DNA of 37,671 nt from Chloroflexota bacterium (GTDB lineage Bacteria > Chloroflexota > Dehalococcoidia > Lucifugimonadales > JACPCL1), in NCBI GenBank assembly GCA_016202485.1, contig JACQOP010000039.1, positions 1-37,671 on the forward strand, given 5' to 3'. The notes under the pieces are model-generated. The model saw only the letters and a program-made list of their open reading frames with translations. It did no database searches and was not told the DNA's origin. A program made the translations under genes and the position numbers. Below, one piece after another: positions 27,367 through 36,569 of the stretch (position 1 is the stretch's first letter; each line of letters starts with the position of its first letter).

Positions 27367-28665
27367 ATGAAAGAACTTCCCAAGCTGCCGTTTCAGGGCG
27401 TCCCCACAGACCCCGCCACCCTCTTTGCTGATTACCAGCAGGCCCGCAAGGTCACCGAGGCCATCTGCGCCCCTCTGGAGATTGAAGACTACATGGTCCA
27501 GGCCATGACCGATGCCAGCCCCGCCCGCTGGCACCTGGGCCACGTCACCTGGTTCTTTGAGACCTTCATCCTGAAGGAGTACACGCCCGGCTACAAGCCC
27601 GTCAACGACGTGTACGCATATCTCTTCAACTCCTATTACAACAGCGCCGGCCCCCAGTTCTACCGGCCCCATCGCGGCCTCATCTCCCGGCCCACCGTTA
27701 AACAGGTCTATGACTACCGTAAGCAGATTGATGAGCACATGGCGGACCTCATTGAAACTGCTCCACCCCACCTAATGGAAGGCCTTGTGGGGTCCCTCAT
27801 CATCCTGGGCGTCAATCACGAGCAGCAACACCAGGAACTCCTCGTGACTGACATCAAGTACAACCTCTCGGTGAACCCCTTGCACCCGGTCTATCAGAAG
27901 GTGAACATACCCAGCCTACCCCCAGCAGCCCCCCTGCGCTGGGTGCATTTTGAAGGCGGCCTCCACACCATCGGCCATGACGCCCAGGGGTTTGCCTTTG
28001 ACAACGAATGGCCCCGCCATCAGGCCTACGTTGCCCCCTTCCTCCTCGCCTCCCGCCCCGTGACCAACGCCGAGTTCATGGAGTTCATTGAGGCCGGCGG
28101 CTATGAGCGGGTGGACCTGTGGCTCTCCGCAGGGTGGCGCACCATGAAGGAGCAGGGCTGGCAAGCCCCCCTGTACTGGGAGAAGCATGACGGCCTGTGG
28201 TGGCACCACACCATGTCAGGCTTTCTGCCCGTGGACCAGAACGCCCTCCTCTGCCACGTCAGTTACTACGAAGCCGACGCCTACGCCCGCTGGCGGGACA
28301 AACGCCTGCCCACAGAAGAAGAATGGGAATTTGCTGCCCTGCGCCAACCCCTTCAGGGCAACCTCCTGGAGTCCGGCCTGTACCACCCCCTCGGTGGGAC
28401 GTCACCCAGGGCCGGCCAGGAGCTGGAGCATATGTTTGGCGACGTGTGGGAGTGGACCAAGAGCGCCTACCTCCCCTACCCCGGGTTCCAGCCCCTCCAG
28501 GGAAGCGTGGGCGAGTACAACGGCAAGTTCATGGTCAACCAGATGGTCCTCCGTGGCGGCTCCTGTGCAACGCCCCTGTCCCACATCCGGCCAACCTATC
28601 GCAATTTCTTCCCGCCCGACGCCCGCTGGCAGTTCTCTGGAGTCCGCCTGGCGGACGATGCGTAA
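27367..28665 (+). CDS. egtB: Ergothioneine biosynthesis sulfoxide synthase EgtB (type II-like)
   Basis: SPARWHLGHVTWFFE, FNSYY, HEQQHQELL, FGE-like domain, GEYNGKFM and YRNFF motifs. Confidence 0.95.
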   Translation: MKELPKLPFQGVPTDPATLFADYQQARKVTEAICAPLEIEDYMVQAMTDASPARWHLGHVTWFFETFILKEYTPGYKPVNDVYAYLFNSYYNSAGPQFYRPHRGLISRPTVKQVYDYRKQIDEHMADLIETAPPHLMEGLVGSLIILGVNHEQQHQELLVTDIKYNLSVNPLHPVYQKVNIPSLPPAAPLRWVHFEGGLHTIGHDAQGFAFDNEWPRHQAYVAPFLLASRPVTNAEFMEFIEAGGYERVDLWLSAGWRTMKEQGWQAPLYWEKHDGLWWHHTMSGFLPVDQNALLCHVSYYEADAYARWRDKRLPTEEEWEFAALRQPLQGNLLESGLYHPLGGTSPRAGQELEHMFGDVWEWTKSAYLPYPGFQPLQGSVGEYNGKFMVNQMVLRGGSCATPLSHIRPTYRNFFPPDARWQFSGVRLADDA

Positions 28666-29644
28666 GGGAATTTCTGTGTCCTACTCTCTAGACGTGTTCC
28701 TGGAACCCTATGCCTTCAAGCAGAACCTGGCAGCCGATGTGCGCCGGGGCCTCACAGCACCACAGAAATACCTCCTGCCTAAGTATTTCTATGACGACGC
28801 CGGCTCAAAGCTCTTTGACCGCATCACGGAGCTGCCAGAGTATTACCTTACCAGGACAGAGCAACACCTCTTCTCGTCAGTGAAGCCCCACATCCTCAAG
28901 GCAACGCGCCCCCAAGAGGTCGTGGAGCTGGGCTGCGGCAACGGCGATAAGTTCCGCTGGCTCTTGCACGCTGCCAGGGACAGGGAAATCTCCGCCTACA
29001 TTCCAATGGACATGAATGCCGGCCTGGTGGAGTCCGTGGCCAGGGACCTCGTACGGGACTACCCATTCCTAGCGGTCCACGGAATCGTTGGAGACTTTGA
29101 AACGCACCTGGCCCACATCCCACCGCCAAAAGGCCGCCGCCTGGTCACCTTTATGGGCAGCACCATCGGCAACCTGGGCCCGGAGCAACGCAAGGGCTTC
29201 ATTGCTCAGCTACGGTGCCTCCTGGACGAAGGAAGCCATGCCCTGATAGGTCTTGACCTGGTGAAAGACGCAGGAATGCTGGAGGCAGCCTACAACGATC
29301 AGGCGGGGGTGACTGCTGATTTCAACCGGAACATCCTGCTTGTCCTGAATAGGGAGCTTGCCGGCGACTTCCGGCCTGAAACCTTTACCCATCACGCCTT
29401 CTTCAATAGAGAAGCCAGCCGCATAGAAATGCACCTGGTCTCCCGGAAAGAGCAGCAGGTGCGCCTCGCCGCTCTGGAAATGCAGGCAGCATTTCAGAGT
29501 GACGAGACCATCTGGACGGAAAGCTCCTACAAGTTCACCGTTGGTATGGTGGAAGAGATGCTGGCGGCAGGCGGTCTGCGATTGGAGCAGTGGTATACCG
29601 ATGAGGCAGGCTGGTATGCGTTGGCCCTCATTGGGACAGCCTAG
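28658..29644 (+). CDS. egtD: L-histidine N-alpha-trimethyltransferase EgtD
   Basis: PKYFYDDAGS.LFD.ITELPEYY, ELGCG, GSTIGN, AYND..GVT.DFN and TESSYKF motifs; overlaps the egtB stop (alternative GTG at 28676). Confidence 0.95.
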   Translation: MRKGISVSYSLDVFLEPYAFKQNLAADVRRGLTAPQKYLLPKYFYDDAGSKLFDRITELPEYYLTRTEQHLFSSVKPHILKATRPQEVVELGCGNGDKFRWLLHAARDREISAYIPMDMNAGLVESVARDLVRDYPFLAVHGIVGDFETHLAHIPPPKGRRLVTFMGSTIGNLGPEQRKGFIAQLRCLLDEGSHALIGLDLVKDAGMLEAAYNDQAGVTADFNRNILLVLNRELAGDFRPETFTHHAFFNREASRIEMHLVSRKEQQVRLAALEMQAAFQSDETIWTESSYKFTVGMVEEMLAAGGLRLEQWYTDEAGWYALALIGTA

Positions 29645-29690
29645 CTGCTGCCCATAGCTGCCATGACAGCCCAGATGTACAAGGAGAGTC

Positions 29691-29939
29691 ATGCAGGAGC
29701 CAATAAGAGTGTACGGTGCAGAGACCTGTGCGGATACACAACGCTCTCGCCGGCTTCTAGAAGCCCATCACGTACCATACACATGGATAGACGTGGACAC
29801 AGACCAGGCCTCAGAACAGCTCATCAGAGGCTTGAACAAAGGGGCCCGCGCCACACCCACCATCGTCTTTGCCGACGGCACAGGAATGATTGAGCCGTCA
29901 GACGAAGCCCTGGCAAGGAAGCTGGGCCTTCTTTCCTAG
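29691..29939 (+). CDS. Glutaredoxin/mycoredoxin-like monothiol redoxin (CxxT)
   Basis: YGAETCADT, YTWIDVD and cis-Pro TPTIVFADG motifs; AAGGAG RBS. Confidence 0.85.
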   Translation: MQEPIRVYGAETCADTQRSRRLLEAHHVPYTWIDVDTDQASEQLIRGLNKGARATPTIVFADGTGMIEPSDEALARKLGLLS

Positions 29940-29949
29940 CAGGCGAAGA

Positions 29950-31380
29950 TTATTTGGAGCCGAAGTCTAGGGGCAGGACCACCTTGAAAGTCGTTCTCCC
30001 TGGAACAGAGTCCACTTTGATCTCGCCCTTGTGCTTGAACGTCACGATGTTATAGCTGATGTCCAGTCCCAGGCCCGTCCCCTTTCCCAGCGGCTTTGTG
30101 GTGAAAAAGGCGTCAAATATCCTGGGAAGAACGTGGGGCGGAATGCCTGGGCCGTTGTCTTCCACCTCTACCACCACACTCCCCTCCGCCGTATACGTGC
30201 GCAGCCGGATCTCCCCCTGTCCATCAAGAGCATCCGTCGCATTGTCTATGAGGTTCGTCCATACCTGGTTCAGCTCGCTGCCATACCCCTGGATTTTTGG
30301 CAGGTCAGGGCTGTATTCCCGTTTGACCTGGATGCCCCCCTTCAGCTTGTGGCGCAAAATCAGAAGGGTGTTGTCCAGCCCTTCATGGATGTCCACCTCC
30401 TGCACAGGAGCCTGGTCCAGATAGGAATAGGACTTCAGTGCGCGAACAATGTCGGAGATTCGCGTTGCCCCCTGGCCTATCTCGGTCATCAGGTTGTGGA
30501 CGTTGTAGACGCTGATAAGCCGGCGCAGGACAGCCTCTAGATGGCCCTCCTGAAAGGTCTCGCCCAGCTCTGCCAGCTCCTCCTGGCCAAGAGCAAGGTT
30601 CACAAGGTCAGGGGCAAGCTCCCATCCATCGGGCACCCCTTGGTCTTCCAGCCACTGCTCCAGCTCGTATGCCTTGTCGCTGCGGCTAAGCGCATCCATC
30701 TCAACATAGGCAGTCGCCCTCGTCCGGGCTAACTGGGTGAACGGCTGTAGCACATGGCGCTGAGCTTCTGTAAGGCTCATCATATCCAGACGCCCTTGCG
30801 CCTCTCCGTAGTGGGCCACCGCCTCCCGGAGCTGCTCCGCGCCCCGTTTCACCGCCGCCGCGGGATTGTTTAGCTCGTGGGCCACCCCGGCAGTCAGCGT
30901 CCCAAGCTGGGCCATCTTCTCGCTCTGGCGGAGCACGTTCTCCGTGGACCGCCACCGTTGCAGCACGGTGTGCATCACCGCTTTCGCTGCGGCGGTGCTT
31001 ATGTCCAGCAAGTGGTCAAACTGCTCCTTGTGTATGGCGTAGAGCACCGACTCACGACTGGCGCGCACGGTGGCGGTCCGGGGCATCTGTTCCAGGAGGG
31101 CCATTTCGCCAAGGATGTCGCCCGGCTCGTTGCGCAAGGACAAAAGCACCTGCCGCCCCCCCGTCTCTTTCAGTACCTCCAGCTCCCCGCTCTTCAAAAT
31201 ATAGGCCTTGTCCCCAGGTTCCCCTTCCTTGCACAACACTTCCCCAGGGGACAGGCACACTTCCTCCGCAGACTCACACAAGCGCTCCAAGTCCTCCTCA
31301 GGCAGGCTGCTAAACAGAGGCACCTTCCTTAGGAATTCGTGCGCCAAAGTATGCTGGCAGTTGTCGGTCAAGCTATTCAT
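29950..31380 (-). CDS. Cytoplasmic histidine kinase with N-terminal cNMP-binding domain
   Basis: GEMALL..PRTATVRA (cNMP), AHELNNP (H-box), LNQVWTNLIDNA, DNGPGI and FFTTK..GKGTGLGL. Confidence 0.95.
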   Translation of the reverse strand: MNSLTDNCQHTLAHEFLRKVPLFSSLPEEDLERLCESAEEVCLSPGEVLCKEGEPGDKAYILKSGELEVLKETGGRQVLLSLRNEPGDILGEMALLEQMPRTATVRASRESVLYAIHKEQFDHLLDISTAAAKAVMHTVLQRWRSTENVLRQSEKMAQLGTLTAGVAHELNNPAAAVKRGAEQLREAVAHYGEAQGRLDMMSLTEAQRHVLQPFTQLARTRATAYVEMDALSRSDKAYELEQWLEDQGVPDGWELAPDLVNLALGQEELAELGETFQEGHLEAVLRRLISVYNVHNLMTEIGQGATRISDIVRALKSYSYLDQAPVQEVDIHEGLDNTLLILRHKLKGGIQVKREYSPDLPKIQGYGSELNQVWTNLIDNATDALDGQGEIRLRTYTAEGSVVVEVEDNGPGIPPHVLPRIFDAFFTTKPLGKGTGLGLDISYNIVTFKHKGEIKVDSVPGRTTFKVVLPLDFGSK

Positions 31381-31409
31381 GGCGGCCCTTTATGTATGGT
31401 TCCCTTCAA

Positions 31410-33071
31410 TCATACCGTTGCCAGGTACTGGTGAACAAGGCTCACGGCTATAGCGCCCTCTCCGACAGCAGAGGCAACCCTGCGGACCACACCATTACGC
31501 ACGTCTCCGGCGGCAAAGATGCCGGGGACGCTGGTCTCCAGCAAATAAGGGTCGCGGTTGGGCTTCCACCCCTTGGGACGCTGCCCGTTCTTCACAAGGT
31601 CAGGGCCGGTAAGGATCAGCCCCGCAGGGTTTCGCTCCACAACCCCGGCCACCAGGTCCGTGTGAGGGCTGGCGCCAATGAACACAAACACCGCTGAGGC
31701 GGGCGCCGTGCTCTCAGCCCCGTCAAGCCTGTTCTTGAGGGTAATAGTCTCCAACTTGCGCTGTCCGCCCACCGCGCTGACTTCTATATTGGTCCGGACC
31801 TCTATGTTCGGGGTCTTGTGTATCTGGTCTACCAGATAGTGGGACATGCTTTCGGCTATGGAGCCGCCGCGCACCAGCATGGTGACCCTGCTTGCATACT
31901 GGGCAAGAAAGATAGCCCCCTGCCCTGCCGAGTTGGCGCCCCCCACCACAAAGACGTGTCCCCCTTTGTAATAGGCCGCCTCCGTCATGGCAGCGCCGTA
32001 GTAGACACCGGCCCCCGTAATGGCCTCGGCTCCTGGCACCATCAGCTTGCTCACCGTAACCCCCGTGGCAATAATCAAGGCACGGGACACCACCTCGGAG
32101 CCGTCATTGAGCGTCACAATGCGATTGGGGTCTTCCACACGTACCTTCACCGCTTCCAGCCCCGTCAGGATCTCAGCGCCGAACCGGCGGGCTTGAATGG
32201 TCGCCCGCTGGGCCAGGTCGCTGCCGCTTAGCCCGTTGGGGAACCCAAGGTAGTTCTCAATGCGGGAAGAGGTGCCAGCCTGCCCACCCGTGGCCTGGCT
32301 CTCTATCATGGCAGTGCGCAGGCCCTCGGAGGCCCCATACACGGCAGCCCCCAGTCCTGCAGGGCCTGCGCCGACAATGACAATATCGTACAGGGGCTGG
32401 TTCGCGTGGGTCTGCAAGCCCACTTTTTCTGCAAGGCTTCTGGTGTCCGGCTCAATGAGCACGTCCCCATCGGGCAAAAAAATCACCGGAAGGCGGTGCT
32501 GGCCTTGGTTGACCTCCTCCACCAGCAGCCTCGCCTGCTCATCCTTCTCCACGTCCAGCCACTGGTAGGGAATGCGGTTGCGGGCCAAGAAGTCCTTGAC
32601 GTTGTGGGAGGCGCTGGACCACTGGGTTCCTGCCACCCTGATGCCCTCGTAGGGTAAGGGAGTGGCTGCAGCCCAGACGGACAGCAGGTCGTCAAGGACG
32701 GGATAGAGGTTCTGCTCTGGCGGGTCCCAGGGCTTCATCAGGTAGTAATCAAGCCCAACGTCGTTGATGCTCCGGATTGCCGCCTCTGTATCGGCGTAGG
32801 CGGTCAGCAGGACTTTTTTTGCCTCTGGGTAAAGGCGCTTGGCCTCCGCCAGGAACTCAACCCCCGTCATCGCCGGCATGCGCTGGTCCACCAGGAACAG
32901 GGCAATGGGGTCATTGCGGCGCTTGAACTCCTTCACCGCCGCCAGCGCCTCCTTACCAGAAAATGCCTTGACAATCCGGTACTCGCGGCGAAAGTGGGAC
33001 CGCAAGTCCCGCTCTACGGCGTTCACCACCTGGGGCTCATCGTCAACTGTCAGGATAATGGGCGTAACCAT
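31410..33071 (-). CDS. Response-regulator receiver / Grx-like / thioredoxin-reductase-like FAD oxidoreductase fusion
   Basis: VDDE, VDQRMP, LLTAY, KPW (receiver); GAGPAG, ENYLGFP, GGANSA, FAAGDVR (TrxR fold). Confidence 0.93.
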   Translation of the reverse strand: MVTPIILTVDDEPQVVNAVERDLRSHFRREYRIVKAFSGKEALAAVKEFKRRNDPIALFLVDQRMPAMTGVEFLAEAKRLYPEAKKVLLTAYADTEAAIRSINDVGLDYYLMKPWDPPEQNLYPVLDDLLSVWAAATPLPYEGIRVAGTQWSSASHNVKDFLARNRIPYQWLDVEKDEQARLLVEEVNQGQHRLPVIFLPDGDVLIEPDTRSLAEKVGLQTHANQPLYDIVIVGAGPAGLGAAVYGASEGLRTAMIESQATGGQAGTSSRIENYLGFPNGLSGSDLAQRATIQARRFGAEILTGLEAVKVRVEDPNRIVTLNDGSEVVSRALIIATGVTVSKLMVPGAEAITGAGVYYGAAMTEAAYYKGGHVFVVGGANSAGQGAIFLAQYASRVTMLVRGGSIAESMSHYLVDQIHKTPNIEVRTNIEVSAVGGQRKLETITLKNRLDGAESTAPASAVFVFIGASPHTDLVAGVVERNPAGLILTGPDLVKNGQRPKGWKPNRDPYLLETSVPGIFAAGDVRNGVVRRVASAVGEGAIAVSLVHQYLATV

Positions 33072-33128
33072 ACACGAACTCGTAACCCCTCACACTCAGA
33101 TTACCTGGCCCCTGCAGCAGGTCGGCGG

Positions 33129-33455
33129 TCAGGACCGTTCCCCTCTGCGGCTCCGCCCCCTTCTACGTGCCGTCCTGAGCGTCGGCGCTTCACCCACAAC
33201 AGCATCATCCACGTAGCACCATATCCACTCCTCATCGGGTTCAAAAGACTGCACCAGGGGATGCCCCACGGTCCGGAAGTGGCCGCTGGCATGCTTGTTC
33301 TTGGAATCGTCGCAGCAACCCACGTTGCCGCACGTGAGACACATGCGCAGGTGCACCCACCTGTCCCCAATGGCCAGGCACTGTGCACACCCCTGGGCGT
33401 TCGGAGTCACATCCTGCACCGCATCCCCATGCTCGCAGTCTATTTCAATGGCCAT
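33129..33455 (-). CDS. UBP-type zinc finger protein
   Basis: CEH..CAQC...WVHLRMCLTCGNVGCCDDS..KHA..H...EEWIWCYVD; GGAGGA RBS before ATG 33455. Confidence 0.92.
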   Translation of the reverse strand: MAIEIDCEHGDAVQDVTPNAQGCAQCLAIGDRWVHLRMCLTCGNVGCCDDSKNKHASGHFRTVGHPLVQSFEPDEEWIWCYVDDAVVGEAPTLRTARRRGRSRRGERS

Positions 33456-33526
33456 TATTCCTCCTTGGATAGTCCAATGCCCCCCTAAGAGGGCCGTGCG
33501 CTGCCTTCTCCCAGCAACCCTTAGCC

Positions 33527-34300
33527 TCACGAGTCCAAACGCATCACCCGGATCACGACCGGCTGCTCCCGGCCACGGACGCTGACAGTCCGCTGCTCCA
33601 GGCTCGGATACCGGTCCGCCACGTACTGGTAAATGGTGTCGCTCAACACTACCTCTCCCCCCTGGGCCTCCGCCTGCAGCCGGGCAGCCGTGTTGACGGT
33701 GTCTCCCAGGACCGTGAAGTCGTGGACACCGCCACTGCCGATCTTGCCCACAAAGGCGGTGCCTGTGTGGACAGCAACACCCAGAGGCAGCCAAGGGGCC
33801 TGCGTGCTGCCATAGCCCACGGCCCTGAGTAACCCTTCCGCAGCCAGGACTGCGTCCTTCTGGAAGGTCGGGGCCCGGGCAGGAAGAAAGAAGGCCATCA
33901 CCTCATCCCCCAGCATCTTGTCAATGATGGCCCTGTGGTCCACCAGCACGCTCGTCGCTGCAGCGTAGAAGCGGTTCAGCAGCCCGGCGAAGGCCCCTGC
34001 CCCCATATGCTCCCCCAGCGCAGTGGAGCCACGCACGTCTGCAAACAGCACAGCAATGTCCACCTCTGCGCCCCCTACGGGCAGGATGTCATCACACAGG
34101 TTGCACATGTTAGGGTTCTTGCGGGAAGGCCCCCGTTTCCCTAGCCGGGCAACCACACCACCTACTCCTCCAAAGGGAGTGCTGCACACCAGGCAGCGAG
34201 GGTTGCTGGGCAACACCGCAAGGCGGGAACGGTGTCCCTTGGTCAGGACATCCCGCCACACGGCTTCAATCTCCGGCGATACGTTTTGCTGGTTTGCCAT
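33527..34300 (-). CDS. Class III adenylate/guanylate cyclase with N-terminal CxxC...CxxC region
   Basis: FADVRGST, DKMLGDEV and FTVLGDTVNTAARL motifs; CLVC and CNLC upstream. Confidence 0.93.
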   Translation of the reverse strand: MANQQNVSPEIEAVWRDVLTKGHRSRLAVLPSNPRCLVCSTPFGGVGGVVARLGKRGPSRKNPNMCNLCDDILPVGGAEVDIAVLFADVRGSTALGEHMGAGAFAGLLNRFYAAATSVLVDHRAIIDKMLGDEVMAFFLPARAPTFQKDAVLAAEGLLRAVGYGSTQAPWLPLGVAVHTGTAFVGKIGSGGVHDFTVLGDTVNTAARLQAEAQGGEVVLSDTIYQYVADRYPSLEQRTVSVRGREQPVVIRVMRLDS

Positions 34301-34414
34301 GCTGCACCCCCCACAAGGCCTTGATGTATGCGCATCAAGAGGCCAAAAGCTGACTTAGCATAATCCTTGTGGGAATGCGTGACAAGCACCCGCCCCGTTC
34401 CTATCCCGGCGGCC

Positions 34415-35425
34415 TTATCCCCTCGGCAGCGCAAGCATCAGCGCATCCAACGCCAGGCGGGTGTTGACATTGGCCTCCAGCCTCTCCATTGTAGCCAGGA
34501 GCTCCTGCGCCACTGTACAGGCCTGCTGCGGTGTGTAGCGCCCTGCCCGCTCCTCCAGGGATGCCAGCCAGTCGGTGTTGGCGGCAAGCTGCGGCGCCCC
34601 CTGGCGCACGACGAGCACGTCCCGCCACCAGCCAAGCCACAGGGCCAGGGTCTCCAGCACAATTGCCCTGTCCCGGGCGAAGCGCCCTGCCAGTTCCTGG
34701 GCCACCTGGAACCGGCGCTCCAACCCCTGGTCCAGGAGCTCCAGCAGCTCCTCCAACCCCCCTTGCCTCGCCTCCAGCACCTTGGGGTCCCGGGCCGCCG
34801 CCAGCGCCCAGCCCAAGCGCCCGCCGGAGAGCCTTGCCAGCAACGTTGCATCCTCCGGCGCAACGCTATGCTCTTCCCTGAGCTGCCGGGCAATGGCCTC
34901 CTGGGATAGTGGCCGCAGCTCCAGCCGCTGGCAGCGAGAGCGCACCGTGGGCAGCAAGTCCTGGTCAGACCCCGTCAGCAGCAGCAAAGTAACCCGAGGA
35001 GGCGGCTCTTCCAGGGTCTTCAGCAGCGCATTGGCCGCCTCGTCGTGCAGCTTCTCGGCAGGGTCCAGGATAAATACCAGCATTCTGCCTTCGTATGGCC
35101 CCAGGGCGGCCCGCTGCTCCAGCGCCCGTACCTGGTCAATAGCAATGACCGTCCGCATCCGCCCCGTCTCCGGGTGGGGCGTCATCGTCGCCACCTCCAC
35201 GTCCGTATGCAGCCCGCGGGCAATGCGCTGGCAGGACCGGCACTGCCCGCAGGGGGGGTCCTCCCCTGTGCAGTTCAGCGCCCGCGCAATGTCCAAGGCG
35301 AGGGTGGACTTGCCCGACTGGGGCGGGCCGGCAATGATGAAGGCATGGGCCATCTCCCCCCGGGCCATACTCCTGCCCAGGGCGGAGGTGATATGCTCCT
35401 GGCCGATGATGCTCCAGTTAGGCAT
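34415..35425 (-). CDS. holB: DNA polymerase III delta' subunit
   Basis: IIGQEH, HAFIIAGP..SGK, C....PCGQCRSC, ANALLKTLEEPP and TVRSRC motifs. Confidence 0.93.
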   Translation of the reverse strand: MPNWSIIGQEHITSALGRSMARGEMAHAFIIAGPPQSGKSTLALDIARALNCTGEDPPCGQCRSCQRIARGLHTDVEVATMTPHPETGRMRTVIAIDQVRALEQRAALGPYEGRMLVFILDPAEKLHDEAANALLKTLEEPPPRVTLLLLTGSDQDLLPTVRSRCQRLELRPLSQEAIARQLREEHSVAPEDATLLARLSGGRLGWALAAARDPKVLEARQGGLEELLELLDQGLERRFQVAQELAGRFARDRAIVLETLALWLGWWRDVLVVRQGAPQLAANTDWLASLEERAGRYTPQQACTVAQELLATMERLEANVNTRLALDALMLALPRG

Positions 35426-35888
35426 GTTGCTTGTCAGTGCGCGGTGAGGGCGCAACTTCCCCCGCGCAGTTGTCATTGCTACGAAAATACGAGTGCACTC
35501 CAGGAAGAGCGGTAGCCATGCTGTCATGTCCCGATAGAACCGGGACGAGGTGGTCAAACCACCCTTGCTGTCTGCAGCCTTTGCCTCGCGAAGTCCCGAT
35601 CCTGTTGAGGGTCCCGAAATAGTCGGGACACCTCTCAGTGGTCAGCCGTTGGGCAAAGGGCTACGGTAGCAGCCCGCCCTCCTGCTATTGCGAACAGCTT
35701 CTCATCCTTGAGGGTGTCAGTGACTAGTGGCATGAAAGATTCTGAGCGAGGTCGTCGGACGATGCACGCCATCCCCTGCGCCAGCCGAGCGAAGCACCCC
35801 TCATCGGCCAGTCCTCCGGCCACGGCCACGGCAGTGGCCCCCCCTTCCTACTATGCTCCGGCAATGCCGAAGTTCTATCATGCACGAA

Positions 35889-35918
35889 AGGGGCGTCCCT
35901 GTTCCAAGACGCCCCTAC
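35889..35918. repeat. REP-like palindrome (GTAG family)
   Basis: AGGGGCGTC-11 nt loop-GACGCCCCTAC. Confidence 0.55.
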
Positions 35919-35953
35919 AATAATCCAATCCGCCTGCTGGAACAAGCGCCTCA

Positions 35954-36466
35954 CTACACAGCCGCCCGCTCCGCCTGGGCCGCCAGCTTTTTGACCGCCG
36001 CCGCCAGTTCCCCCATGTCCCCAATAGCCACGTCGGCATGGCGGGCATCCCGGCTGGAATGGGCGGTGAACCAGATAGTCTTCAGACCAACAGCCTTGGC
36101 CCCAGCAATATCAGTGACATAGTTGTCCCCCACCATGATGCACTCCTGGGGCTGGAGGCGCAGCTTCCAGAGGATACCTTCAAAGAACCGGGGGTCGGGT
36201 TTCTCCACCTCCAGTTCTCTCACCGTAAACACGTGGCGGATGTAGGGGTCCAGGCCAACCTTCTCCAGGACCAGGCTCAGCGCCGTGGACTCCGGCCCCC
36301 GGGCATTGGAGGCGATGCAGCACAGGTACTGCTGGTGCAGGTCTTTCAGCGCCTGCGTGACCCCAGGGACCACTTCCATTGTAGGAGAAGTGGCCGAGGG
36401 CCTGCGAGTCAGGGGGATCTCCCGCATAAGGGTGTTCCCCCAGTCAAAAGCAATGGCTTTGATCAT
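35954..36466 (-). CDS. HAD-family hydrolase
   Basis: FDWGNTL, IASN, EKPDPRFF and MVGDNYVTDIAGA motifs. Confidence 0.92.
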   Translation of the reverse strand: MIKAIAFDWGNTLMREIPLTRRPSATSPTMEVVPGVTQALKDLHQQYLCCIASNARGPESTALSLVLEKVGLDPYIRHVFTVRELEVEKPDPRFFEGILWKLRLQPQECIMVGDNYVTDIAGAKAVGLKTIWFTAHSSRDARHADVAIGDMGELAAAVKKLAAQAERAAV

Positions 36467-36569
36467 CCCCCCACCTCTCGGCTGTATATAGTAGGGCTAT
36501 TGTACCTGATTTTTGCGCTGAAGGGAGAGGGGGAAGGAGAGATTTTCCTAAGAGACCAGAGATTTTGCT

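Noticed and set aside
28187-28657. N-terminal extension of egtD, or an egtB-egtD fusion
   Set aside because: Out-of-frame overlap with egtB; both genes are complete on their own.
27367-28665. Selenoneine synthase SenA
   Set aside because: No adjacent senB or senC; NSYY and GEYNGKF motifs plus egtD linkage fit EgtB.
33456-33794. N-terminal extension of the zf-UBP ORF
   Set aside because: It overlaps the cyclase, and a strong RBS marks ATG 33455.
35431-35954. Short ORFs in the HAD-holB gap
   Set aside because: No convincing RBS or motifs, mutually overlapping, and the region is dominated by hairpins.
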